Shown: piece after piece, positions 37,728 through 50,262 of the stretch
Position numbering within the stretch: position 1 is the first letter of the stretch
How the letters are laid out: each line of letters begins with the position of its first letter
Source: Mobula hypostoma
Lineage: Eukaryota
Direction of reading: 5' to 3'
DNA length: 64,000 nt
NCBI RefSeq assembly: GCF_963921235.1
Contig: NC_086098.1
Span: forward strand, 2,108,001-2,172,000
Position numbers and translations under genes: made by a program
Notes under the pieces: model-generated
Database searches by the model: none
What the model was told of the DNA's origin: nothing
Seen by the model: only the letters and a program-made list of their open reading frames with translations

Positions 37728-38088
37728 AACATAGAATTCTCCAACTTCTGGTAATTCCCTCCCCCTCCCTTCCCCTATCCCTATGTCACTCTGCCCCCTC
37801 CCCCAGCAGCCTACCACCTCCCTCATGGTTCCGCCTCCTTCTACTACCCATTGTGTTTTCCCCTATTCTTTCTTCACCTTTCCTGCCTATCACCTCTCTG
37901 CCTCCCTTCCCCCACCCCTTTATCTTTCCCCTTACTGGTTTTTCACCTGGAACCTACCAGCCTTCTCCTTCCCACCCTCCCCGACCTTCTTTATAGGGCC
38001 TCTGCCCCCTCCCCCTACAGTCCTGACGTTGACTGAACTTTTCCGTGGATGTTGCCCGACCTGCTGAGTTCCTCCAGTGTGTTGTGAG
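37728..38088 (+). mobile_element. Older Penelope 3' piece inserted in a CR1 3' end, 17-bp TSD
   Basis: Starts aacatagaattctccaacttc (compare Penelope ORF end); TSD tgttcc(c/t)cttaaacatt at 37711-37727 and 38089-38105. Confidence 0.8.
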
Positions 38089-39120
38089 TGTTCCTCTTAA
38101 ACATTTCATCTTTCATCCTTAACCCATGACCTCTAGTTCAAGCACAGACCACTCATTTACAGAGTGGTCTGTGCATCTTTTTTCCAGGTTGAAATTGAAA
38201 TAAAAACTACAGCTGGTATGTTTTCCAAAATATCCTCAGTATCTCAAAATACATGCCGCAGAAAGCATTTTAAAAAAAAATTTCTCAAAAGGTATATGCT
38301 CACACTGTGCTGTTTGTCTAACAAGCACATGAATGGCTCTGTTTGACAAATTTGCAACCATATCGTTTGTTCAATATGTGAGCTTTATATTGGATGAAAG
38401 GCAGGTCAGCGAGGTCCTTAACTGTGGGTGGCAATGCTTACGATGTAATCAATAGAAATCTAAATGCTACTTTATTAAAGTACTATTGCCATGCACAACT
38501 CCCCTGTCATCCGCAGCTCTTGCAGACATCAAGTAGGTAACTATCGGCTTCCAATAACAGATCTAGATTTACACAGGTCTAAAGATCTGCTACATGTGAG
38601 GCATCTGTGACTGCTACAGATTAAGTATCTCTGTTTCATCTGGCTACATACAGCATCTGTGTTTGAGCCTGCTGTACGTTAGACATCTTACTTCAGAAAG
38701 ACAATTACCTGCACCTTCATAACTGCATGGTGACGATCTTTTCTATAAAGATACGAGCATGCAGAGACAAAGAATTGGCTCCACATTGATATGCTTATTT
38801 AGACTGCTACTCCATAGAAAGTTGGATATTACAAAGAACTGTACATAATTGCCAAAGAGCATTTATAAACACGTGTATATTTTACACCATACCCCGAAAT
38901 TGAAAATAGATCACTTTAAGAACAAGGAGCAGAGAGCACTAAAGCACAATACAGGTACAGGCAGAAATGCTGTATGGTCTTTTAACCTACTCTCAGATGA
39001 ATCTAACCCTTCCCTCCTACACAGCCTTTATTTTTCTATCATCCATGTGTTTACCTAATAATCTCTTAAATATCCTTAATGTATCTGCCTCTACCATCAC
39101 TCTTGGTAGCACGTTCCTCG

Positions 39121-39688
39121 TGTTAGAGTGAGTTTTTTTTGGGTAGATGATTTGTTTACACTTAAATGACTTTGGCCACCAGACTTCTATTTGACAAAGT
39201 ACTGTGGATTGAGTACACAACAATGCGCTTCCTAAAAGGGTGTGAATACTAGATGCTTCTGGCACCGTAGTTTGACCTGATGTTGTAGTTTCGAAGACAG
39301 TATTATCTAGACATTATAAATATTAATTGTCTTCTATGTTAGCATGTGAAATGCCAAACAAATGTATCGTGGACTTAACTTGCATTCCTAAAGGCTGTGG
39401 ATACCAACCCAGACATGTTGGTGTCGGAAGGAAAGGATAGTGTGATATTTTGTATGTAGCTTCAATAGGAAACATTGTCTATGCATTGTCTATAACTTTT
39501 TAAGTAGCCATTGCCTTTGTGTTTAGCATATAAATATCGAGCCCACATTGGGCTAGCAGACCTTTCTACCGAAGGTGTCTCCGGCCGTATGATGCCTGCT
39601 GTACAGTACCTTGTTGTGTCGAATAAAGAAGCTGCTTTGTATCTACCAGTGACTCTGTCTCTCTGGTGATTTCATCCTCGCTACAACA
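39121..39688 (+). mobile_element. Solo LTR (568 bp)
   Basis: TGTT...AACA ends; TSD cctcg at 39116-39120 and 39689-39693; TATAAA at 39529; AATAAA at 39622; interrupts a CR1 3' end. Confidence 0.9.
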
Positions 39689-39879
39689 CCTCGCACCCAC
39701 TATCCTCTAAGTAAAGAACTTACACGCCTATACCTTCCTCCAATAACCTTAAAATGATGTCCCCTCGTATTAGACATTTCCAGCCTGGGAAAAAGTCTCT
39801 AGATGCCCCTTATCATCTTGTACATCTCTAACAAATTACATCTCATTTCAACAATGATTTTTCTGTGATCGAATGTTAA

Positions 39880-40805
39880 TTTACAAGGAAGTTGCCAGGA
39901 TTGGAGAGCATGCCTTATGAGAATAGGATGAGTGTACTTGGCCTGTTCTTATTGGAGCGACAGAGGATGAGAGGTGACCTGATAGAGGTGTATAAGATGA
40001 TGAGAGGCATTGATCGTGTGGATAGTCAGAGGCTTTTTCCTAGGGCTGAGAGGGCATAGTTTTAAGGTGCTTGGAAGTAGGTACATGGGGGATGTCAGGT
40101 ATGGGGGAGACGCTACTGCACAGGACTGAGAGAAGCTGCAAAGGGTTGTAAATCTAGTCAGCTCCATCTTGGGTACTAGCCAACAAAGTACCCAGGACAT
40201 CTTCAGGGAGCGACGTCTCAGAAAGGCAGTGTCCATTATTACGGACCTCCAGCACACAGGACATGCCCTTTTCTCATTTTACCAACAGGAAGGAGGTACA
40301 GAAGCCTGAAGGCACACACTCAGCGATTCAGGAACAGCTTCTTTCCCTCTGCCATCCGATTCCTAAATGGACATTGAAGCTTTGGTCACTACCTCACTTT
40401 TTTTAATATACAGTATTTCTGTTTTTGCACTTTTTAAAAAATCTATTCAATGTACATATACTGTAATTGATTTACTTATTTATTTATTTATTTTCTTTTC
40501 TAGATTATGTATTACATTGAACTGCCGCTGCTAAGTTGGCAAATTTCACGTCACATGCCAGTGATAATAAACCTGATTCTGATTCTGAAGTTTTTCACAG
40601 AGTGGTCTGCACTGCCAGTGATGAGGTTAGAGGCAGGTACAATAGAGTCTTTTATGAGCCTCTTAGATGGGTACATGGAGCTTAGCAAAATAGAGAGCTA
40701 TGGGATAGGGAAATTCTAGGCCGTCTCCAGAGTAGGTTACATGGTTGGCACAACATTGTGGGCCAAAGGGCCTGTAATGTGCTGTAGATTTCTATGTTTC
40801 TATGA
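39880..40805 (+). mobile_element. CR1 3' end interrupted by a Rex1-like piece (about 40098-40588)
   Basis: CR1 motifs on both sides; insert ends aataaa plus (ctgatt)n. Confidence 0.78.
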
Positions 40806-41719
40806 ATGGTATCTGTAACTGCATGTAATATAATAATTTCACCTGAATTTTGAGAGTTTCCAATTGCTGGTTGTAGATTATAATACACTCAGGAGAGGGG
40901 TGGCAATGGATGGTATCTTCACCTGAGAATGCAGGGTGAGTCCGTGACAGTGACCCCCACCATCCAGGCCATGCTCTCTTCTCACTACTACCATCTGTTT
41001 ATGTATAGTTTTTTTGTGAATTTCTATTGCTTTTCTTTTTTCTGCAAATGCCTGCATGAAAATGAATCTCGAGGTAGCATATGGTAAGATACGTACTTTG
41101 ATAATAAATTTACTTTGATTTTGACAAATTGTATTGGAGATGCTGCAGTGACCTTCAGTAGGCACCATTACTAATTGAGAGACAGCAATGAATAAACTTC
41201 TGCATTTGTGTATAGCAGTGGGTCTTGGTGTTTCCTCTGCCGCACCGTGCGGTTCCACCTCCTCGTTGGAATGCTCATCAGGGAATGAGAACAAGGTGGC
41301 AGTAAGAGAATGGTGACAATGGATTCTTTTCTAATTTTTTGCTAAATTTCCATCTGCAGGTTCAGAATGAACTACTGTTTCAATGGCCAATGTGCTTAGT
41401 TGCCTAAAAGCATGTTCACAAAATGGTATTTTTATTCCTCATGTAATTATGAGCCTGAAGACCTACACTCAACAATTCAGGAATAGTGCCCATGAATGGT
41501 CTGGCAAAATCCAGGTGAATCCTCTACCATTCAATACAGGTCATTCCCAGGGATGGAGAAGCACAGCTCCAGGCATCTTCTGGACATGTTCGCATCCTGA
41601 ACAGTGTACGGCAAGCTGTTTGATTTGCTGATCTACTCCAGGCCATCAGGCGAAGCTTTGAGCCTACGATTTCATTTTGACCATACCGGGATGAGTGGCA
41701 TGCAGCTCCCCCAACACTT

Positions 41720-43375
41720 CACCATCAGCATGGATGGTGCAACAACTCTCAATTCACACAAAAGGCAACCTCTGTCAAGGGCAAGTTCATCCCAGCACTG
41801 GTAAAAATGGAGGACCCGGAGTTTCTGCTGCATATTTCAGCGATTTTGAGTTCCAGTGTCGACCTGAGGCAGCGTGAGGTCTCTGTTATGATAGGGAGAC
41901 TTTTGATTTGTGTTCGGAGGAATACTTCAAGAGGAGTGTCCTCTTTTGTAAGTTTTTCAGGTGTTTCCTTTTCCAAGGGCAAACCGGATAATCCATCAGC
42001 ATTTCTATGATTAGATGTCTTCTTGAATTCTGACTTGTAATTTTATGCTCAAAGAAACAGGGCCCCTTTCTGCATTCATGCTGCTGCTGTTAGTGGAACA
42101 CCCTTCTGTGGATTGAAAATGGACACCAGTGGTTGCTGATCAGTAACGAGGGTAAACTGTCTCCCATACAGGTACTGGTTGAAATGTTTTACACATAAAA
42201 CCAGACTCAAGGCCTCTCTTCTAATCTGTGCACATTTTTTTTGGCAGCAGTAAGAAAATGTGATGTAAAAGCTATGGGGTGTAGCTGATGACATGACTAC
42301 ACCAATACCATAAACTGAGGCTTCACAGGCAAGCTTGAATGGATGACATGGTTTATAACGTGTGAGTACAGCGTACGACATCACCAGTTCCTTTGCCTTT
42401 GGAAAGACAACTCACACTGCTTTGTCTATTGCCATTTCCTCCTGATCTGAAGTTCAACAGGTGGAGCACAGTAGCCAGCTATGGCTGGAACCTGTTATAG
42501 TAATTGATAAATCCTAAAAAGGATATTGCATCATCCAGTGCCTTTTGATTGACTCTATTACAGGGGATGTGGCACGCAAGTGGTGGCTGGATTGCTAATC
42601 AAGTTGTAGTTGTCTCAGCCAATCACTCCCTCACAATGCTAGCCCTCCTGTTTTTACCACGTACAAGCCCAATGTTGGTTGTTGTATTTTCCTGTTACAA
42701 ATGTCATTTCCACAGGAATTATCTTTTCTCACGTTCAGATTCTTAGTTGGATAGCTACAGTCTTCAGTTCAGTATCTTTGAAATACCATTCAAATTCATT
42801 TTGTGAAATGACTGAAACAGCTGAACCAGTATCCAATTCCATTTTAATTAATTTGATCTTGACTTCTGGTGTAAGCCATATTGTGTACCTATTGCTAATT
42901 TTCAGATTGTAAATCTTAAGGCTACTATTCCTGTGTCACTCTTATCATTATGAGGTTTTTCATCAACAGAATGAAAATGGTGCTCTTTTTAAAACTGCAA
43001 CTTGACTTTTTATCTTTTTTTTCTTCCAAGTGCAGTCCATTTATTTTTGTCTGCCCAACATCCGCTTTTACGTGTCCTACTTTGTTGCATTTTCTGTAAT
43101 TTTTGCCTTTAAACCTGCATTGGTCTGGTGTGTATGAGCCAGCCCCTGCCGCAACGGTAATTCAATTTGTTCGGCCAGGCCGGTTTCTGTTTAGACATTG
43201 CAATTTTGTTCACGCCCACTCTCAATCCTGATGGCTACTCAATTGTGTCTTTGCCTACGGTTTCCATTGATACAGTGATTTTAACTGCTCTTTTAAATGT
43301 GAGTTGTGCTTCAGTTAGGATCCATTTCTGAATGCTTTCTTGTAAGGTTCCACAAACTGAACAATCTCTCCGTGC
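41720..43375 (-). mobile_element. Heavily deleted Gypsy internal region (gag, protease, RNase H remnants)
   Basis: LACEASVYGIG...REALSL...FTLVTDQQPL (42076..42384); MELDTGS protease motif near 42830; CCHC-like remnant near 43070-43160. Confidence 0.8.
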
Positions 43376-43603
43376 ATCAAAAGGTAAAATTTGAGAGCTC
43401 AAAGCTTCTTTATGTGCCTGTCAGAATAAAACATAAAGATAACAAGTACAGGGAAGCTTGGTTTTCAAAAGATATTGAGGCCCTGGTTAAGAGAGAAAGG
43501 GAGGTGCATAGCAGGTATAGGCAAGTAGGAACAAATAAAGTGCTGATGAAGTACAAGAAATGGAAGAGAAACTAGGGAATTATAGGCTGGAGAATCTGAC
43601 ATC
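43375..43603 (+). mobile_element. CR1 fragment (left half of the Gypsy target)
   Basis: YVPVRIK...WFSKDIEALVK; ends ggaattataggctggagaatctgacatc. Confidence 0.75.
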
Positions 43604-44186
43604 TGTTGTGTCTGTGCACAATATATACTATATGTTAAATAAAAGTATGCACATGGGAAATGGCTTTAACTGGTGTATTCACATTGCAGCGAGCGAGAGA
43701 GAGAGAGAGAGAGACAGAGCAATGTGCATGTGCAGACAACAGCAATACATAGTGTTAAGGGGCTGTGGAATCATTGCTCTAAAAGAAATAGATCTGTACA
43801 TTACACTCCTTCCCCTTTTAAGTCAATGCAACATAAAACTGTATATGTACAAAACATTCAGTTTCCCTTTCATAAACCCACGTTCCAAATAAACATGCTT
43901 TCATATTTACAGTCCATAACTAGCTTCACAGTTCTAAAGATTCAGTCTTTTGGGCAGCACACTGTTTCTTTCAGGGTAGTGCCTCCGGGCCTGTGGAGTG
44001 GCATTAGGTTTGGCAGGTGTCTTATCAACGATAACCTTCTTGTTGCGACTTTGAACCTGTGGATTGCCATGAAGCTTGGTACGCGTCTTGTCTAAGACAA
44101 TGTTCTCTGTTTCCTATGTCAGTGACATGATCATCATTGAGAGGTAAGTCTGGTGACTGTGATGTGTCCGTCTTGTTAGATGCAAT
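43604..44186 (-). mobile_element. Gypsy 3' end: integrase tail, polypurine tract and 3' LTR (43604-43805)
   Basis: Minus strand RHYPERNSVLPKRLNL-stop; PPT aaaaggggaaggag (43806-43819) directly followed by TGTAAT...CAACA. Confidence 0.8.
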
Positions 44187-46989
44187 CATAGAAACCATAG
44201 AAACTACAGCACAGAAACAGGCCTTTTGGCCCTTCTTGGCTGTGCCGAACCATTTTCTGCCTAGTCCCACTGACCTGCACACGGACCATATCCCTCCATA
44301 CACCTCCCATCCATGTATCTGTCCAATTTATTCTTAAATGTTAAAAAAGAACACGCATTTACCACCTTGTCTGGCAGCTCATTCCATACTCCCACCACTC
44401 TCTGTGTGAAGAAGCCCCCCCTAATGTTCCCTTTAAACTTTTCCCCCTTCACCCTTAACCCATGTCCTCTGTTTTTTTTCTCCCCTTGCCTCATTGGAAA
44501 AAGCCTGCTTGCATTCACTCTATCTATACCCATCATAATTTTATATACCTCTATCAAATCTCCCCTCATTCTTCTACGCTCCAGGGAATAAAGTCCCAAC
44601 CTATTCAACCTTTCTCTGTAACTGAATTTCTCAAGTCCCGGCAACATCCTTGTAAACCTTCTCTGCACTCTTTCAACCTTATTTATACCCTTCCTGTAAT
44701 TTGGTGACCAAAACTGAACACAATACTCCAGATTCGGCCTCACCAATGCCTTATACAACCTCATCATAACATTCCAGCTCTTATACTCAATACTTTGATT
44801 AATAAAGGCCAATGTACCAAAAGCTCTTTTTACGACCCTATCTACCTGTGACGCCACTTCCAGGGAATTTTGTATCTGTATTCCCAGATCCCTCTGTTCC
44901 ACTGCACTCCTCAGTGCCTTACCATTAACCCTGTATGTTCTACCTTGGTTTGTCCTTCCAACGTGCAATACCTCACACTTGTCAGTATTAAACTCCATCT
45001 GCCATTTTTCAGCCCATTTTTCCAGCTGGTCCAAGTCCCTCTGCAGGCTCTGAAAACCTTCCTCACTGTCTACTACACCTCCAATCTTTGTATCATCAGC
45101 AAACTTGCTGATCCAATTTACCATATTATCATCCAGATCATTGATATAGATGACAAATAACAATGGACCCAGCACTGATCCCTGTGGCACACCACTAGTC
45201 ACAGGCCTCCACTCGGAGAAGCAATTCTCTACTACCACTCTTTGGTTTCTTCCATTGAGCCAATGTCTAATCCAATTTACCACCTCTCCATGTATACCTA
45301 GCGACTGAATCTTCCTAACTAACCTCCCATGCGGGACCTTGTCAAAGGCCTTACTGAAGTCCATGTAGACCATATCCACTACCTTCCCTTCATCCACTTT
45401 CCTGGTAACCTCCTCGAAAAACTCCAATAGATTGGTCAAACATGACCTACCACGCACAAAGCCATGTTGACTCTCCCTAATAAGTCCCTGTCTATCCAAA
45501 TACTTGTAGATTCTGTCTCTTAGTACTCCCTCCAATAACTTACCTACTACCAACATTAAACTTACTGGCCTATAATTTCCCGGATTACTTTTCGATCCTT
45601 TTTTAAACAACGGAACAATATGAGTCACTCTCCAATCCTCTGGCACCTCACCTGCAGACAGCAACATTTTAAATATTTCAGCCAGGGCCCCTGCAATTTC
45701 AACACTAGTCTCCTTCAAGGTCCGAGGGAACACCCTGTCAGGTCCCGGGGATTTATCCACTTTAATTTTCCTCAAGACAGCAAGGACCCTCCTCCTTTTC
45801 GATCTGTACAGTTTCCATGATCTCACTACATGTTTCCCTTAATTCCATAGACTTCATGCCAGTTTCCTTAGTAAATACAGACGCAAAAAACCTATTTAAA
45901 ATCTCCCCCATTTCCTTTGGTTCCGCACATAGCCGACCACTCTGATCTTCAAGAGGACCAATTTTATCCCTTACAATCCTTTTGCTCTTAATATACCTGT
46001 AAAAACTCTTTGGATTATCCTTCACTATGACTGCCAAGGCAACCTCATGTCTTCCTTTAGCCCTCCTGACTTCTTTCTTAAGTATTTTCTTGCACTTCTT
46101 ATACTCCTCAAGCACCTTATTTACTCCCTGCTTCTTCATACAACTCCCTCTTCTTCTTTATCAGAGTTGCAACATCCCTTGAGAACCAAGGTTCCTTATT
46201 CCTATTCACCTTGCCTTTAATCCTGACAGGAACATACAAATTCTGCACTCTCAAAATTTCTGCTTTGAAGGCTTCCCACCTACCGATCACATCCATGCCA
46301 GAGAACAAACTGTCCAAATCCAAGCTTTTTAGATCCTTTCTCATTTCTTCAAATTTGGCCTTCTTCCAGTTAAGAACCTCAACCCTAGGACCAGATCTAT
46401 CCTTGTCCATGATCAAATTGAAACTAATGGTGTTATGATCACTGGAACCAAAGTGCTCCCCTACACAGACTTCCGTCACTTGTCCTAATTTGTTTCCTAA
46501 CAGGAGATCCAATATTGCATCTAGTTGGTCCCTCTATATATTGATTTAGAAAACTTTCCTGAACACATTTTACAAACTCTAAACCATCTAGACCCCCAAC
46601 AGTATGGGAGACCCAATCAATATATGGAAAATTAAAATCCCCTACCACCACAACTTTATGTTTCCTGCAGTTGCCTGCTATCTCTCTGCAGATTTGCACT
46701 TCCAATTCTCGTTGACTATTGGGTGGTCTGTAATACAATCCCACTAATGTGGCCATACCTTTCCTGTTTCTCAGCTCCACCCATAAGGACTCAGTAGACA
46801 AGCCCTCTAATCTGTCCTGCCTGAGCACTGCTGTAATATTTTCCCTAACAAGCAATGCTACTCCCCCACCTTTCATTCCTCTGCCTCAATCACACCTGAA
46901 ACATCGGAACCCTGGAATATTAAGCTGCCAGTCCTGCCCCTCCTGTAGCCACGTTTCACTAATTGCTACAATGTCATAATTCCACGTGC
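44187..46989 (-). mobile_element. Young CR1, near-complete ORF2 (APE plus RT), frameshifted
   Basis: 521-aa ORF 44261..45826 with FADD; APE in 46117-46876; ttctatggt tail. Confidence 0.97.
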
Positions 46990-49805
46990 GTGTACTTCAA
47001 TGCAAGAAGCATCAGGAACAAAGGTGATGAACTGAGAGCTTGGGTACATACATGGAATTATGATATAGTGGCCATTACAGAGACTTGGCTGGCACCAGGG
47101 CAGGAATGGATTCTCAATATTCCTGGATTTCAGTGCTTTAAAAGGGATAGAGAGGGCGGAAAAAGGGGAGGAGTGGTGGCATTACTGGTCAGGGATACTA
47201 TTACAGCTACAGAAAGGGTGGGTAATGTAGCAGGATCCTCTTTTGAGTCAATATGGGTGGAAGTCAGGAACAGGAAGGGAGCAGTTACTCTGCTGGGGGT
47301 ATTCTATAGGCCCCCTGGTAGCAGCAGAGATACAGAGGAGCAGATTGGGAGGCAGATTTTGGAAAGGTGCAAAAATAACAGGGTTGTTATCATGGGTGAC
47401 TTTAACTTCCCTAATATTGATGGGCACCTGATTAGTTCAAAGGGTTTAGATGGGGCAGAATTTGTTAAGTGTGTCCAGGATGGTTTCCTGTCACAGTATG
47501 TGGTTGAGTATGAGCCGGGTTAGGTCACAGATCTCTCGGTGGGTGAGCATCTGGGGGACAGTGACCACCGCTCCCTGGCCTTTATAATTATCATGGAAAA
47601 GGATAGAATCAAAGAGGACAGGAAAATTTTTGATTGGGGAAAGGCAAATTATGAGGCTATAAGGCTAGAACTTGCGGATGTGAATTGGGATGATGTTTTT
47701 GCAGGGAAATATACTATGGACATGCGGTCGATGTTTAGAGATCTCTTGCGGGATGTAAGGGATAAGTTTGTCCTGGTGAGGAAGATAAAGAATGGTAGGG
47801 TGAAGGAACCATGGGTGACAAGTGAGGTGGAAAATCCAGTCAGGAGGAAGAAGGCAGCATACATGAGGTTTAGGAAGTAAGGATCAGATGGGTCTATTGA
47901 GGAATATAGGGAAGCAAGAAAGGAGCTTAAGAAGGGGCTGAGAAGAGCAAGAAGGGAGCATGAGAAGGCCTTGGCGTGTAGGGTAAAGGAAAACCCCAAG
48001 GCATTCTTCAATTATGTGAAGAAAAAAAGGATGACAGGAGTGAAGGTAGGACCGATTAGAGATAAAGGTGGGAAGATGTGCCTGGAGGCTGTGGAAGTGA
48101 GCGAGGTCCTCAATGAATACTTCTCTTCGGTATTCACCAATGAGAGGGAACTTGATGATGGTGAGGACAATATGAGTGACGTTGATGTTCTGGAGCATGC
48201 TGATATTAAGGGAGAGGAGGTGTTGGAGTTGTTAAAATACATTAGGACAGATAAGTCCCTGGGGCCTGACGGAATATTCCCCAGACTGCTCCATGAGGCG
48301 AGGGAAGAGATTGCTGAGCCTCTGGCTAGGATCTTTATGTCCTCGTTGTCCACGGGAATGGTAACGGAGGATTGGAGGGAGGCGAATGTTGTTCCCTTGT
48401 TCAAAAAAGTTAGTAGGGATAGTCCGGGTAATTATAGACCAGTGAGCCTTACGTCTGTGGTGGGAAAGCTGTTGGAAAAGATTCTTAGAGATATGATCTA
48501 TAGGCATTTAGAGAATCATGGTCTGATCAGGGACAGTCAGCATGGCTTTGTGAAGGGCAGATCGTGTCTAACAAGCCTGATAGAGTTCTTTGAGGAGGTG
48601 ACCAGGCATATAGATGAGGGTAGTGCAGTGCATGTGATCTATATGGACTTTAGTAAGGCATTTGACAAGGTTCCACATGGTAGGCTTATTCAGAAAGTTA
48701 GAAGGCATGGGATCCAGGGAAGTTTGGCCAGGTGGATTCAGAATTGGCTTGCCTGCAGAAGGCAGAGGGTGGTGGTGGAGGGAGTAGATTCAGATTGGAG
48801 GATTGTGACTAGTGGTGTCCCACAAGGATCTGTTCTGGGACCTCTACTTTTTGTGATTTTTATTAACGACCTGAATGTGGGGGTAGAAGGGTGGGTTGGC
48901 AAGTTTGTAGACGACACGAAGGTTCGTGGTGTTGTAGATAGTGTAGAGGATTGTCAAAGACTGCAGAGAGACATTGATAGGATGCAGAAGTGGGCTGAGA
49001 AGTGGCAGATGGAGTTCAACCCGGAGAAGAGTGAGGTTGTACACTTTGGAAGGACAAACTCCAAGGCAGAGTACAAAGTAAATGGCAGGATACTTGGTAG
49101 TGTGGAGGAGCAGAGGGATCTCGGGGTACATGTCCACAGATCCCTGAAAGTTGCCTCACAGGTGGATAGGGTAGTTAAGAAAGTTTATGGGGTGTTAGCT
49201 TTCATAAGTCCAGGGATAGAGTTTAAGAGTCGCGATGTAATGATGCAGCTCTATAAAACTCTGGTTAGGCCACACTTTGAGTATTGTGTCCAGTTCTGGT
49301 CACCTCACTATAGGAAGGATGTGGAAGCATTGGAAAGGGTACAGAGGAGATTTACCAGGATGCTGCCTGGTTTAGAAAGTATGCATTATGATCAGAGATT
49401 AAGGGAGCTAGTGCTTTACTCTTTGGAGAGAAGGAGGATGAGAGGAGACATGATAGAGGTGTACAAGATAATAAGAGGAATAGATAGAGTGGATAGCCAG
49501 CGCTTCTTCCCCAGGGCACCACTGCTCAATACAAGAGGACACGGCTTTAAGGTAAGGGGTGGGAAGTTCAAGGGGGATATTAGAGGAAGGTTGTTTACTC
49601 AGACAGTGGTTGGTGCTTGGAATGCACTGCCTGAGTCAGTGGTGGAGGCAGATACACTCGTGAAGTTTAAGAGACTTCTAGACAGGTATATGGAGGAATC
49701 TAAGGTGGGGGCTTATACAGGAGGCAGGGTTTGAGGGTCGGCACAACATTGTGGGCCGAAGGGCCTGTACTGTGCTGTACTATTCTATGTTCTATGTTCT
49801 ATGTA
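46986..49805 (+). mobile_element. Young CR1, near-complete ORF2 in one frame with two stops
   Basis: ORFs 46963, 47539 and 47971 share a frame; stops at 47521 and 47878; 587-aa RT with FVDD; (ttctatg)n tail. Confidence 0.97.
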
Positions 49806-50262
49806 AATCCTAAGAACTTTCTACAGGGGCACAAATGAAAGCATCCTGACTGACTGGTATGGGAACTGTAGTTTCCTTAATCACGGGATTCTGCAGAGAG
49901 TGGTGCGGACAGCCTATTGCACCTGTAGTTGTGAACTTCCCATGATTTAGAACATTTACAAAGACAGGGGTGAGAAAAGGGCCTGAAGGATCATTGGGGA
50001 CCTGAGTCACCCCAACCACAATCTATTCCAGCTGCTACCATCTGGGAAACGGTACCACCGCATAAAAGCCTCACCAGGTCATCGGATTGATTAACTCACG
50101 CTGATTTGAGTGTATTTCTATGTTAAATTAACTGTCCTATTTATTATAAATTATTATAAATTACTTCGATTGCACATTGCACATTTACACAGAGATGTAA
50201 AGATTTTTACTCCTCAAGTATGTGAAGGATGTAAGAAATAAAGTCAATCAATTCAAGTTCAA
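49806..50262 (+). mobile_element. Rex1-like 3' fragment
   Basis: SHPNHNLFQLLPSGKRY; aataaa plus ttcaa-type tail. Confidence 0.78.

Noticed and set aside
44261..49734. Retron, group II intron or other novel paired RT system (521 and 587 aa ORFs)
   Set aside because: Both are ordinary CR1 ORF2 sequences with APE domains and CR1 tails, homologous to many fragments in the window
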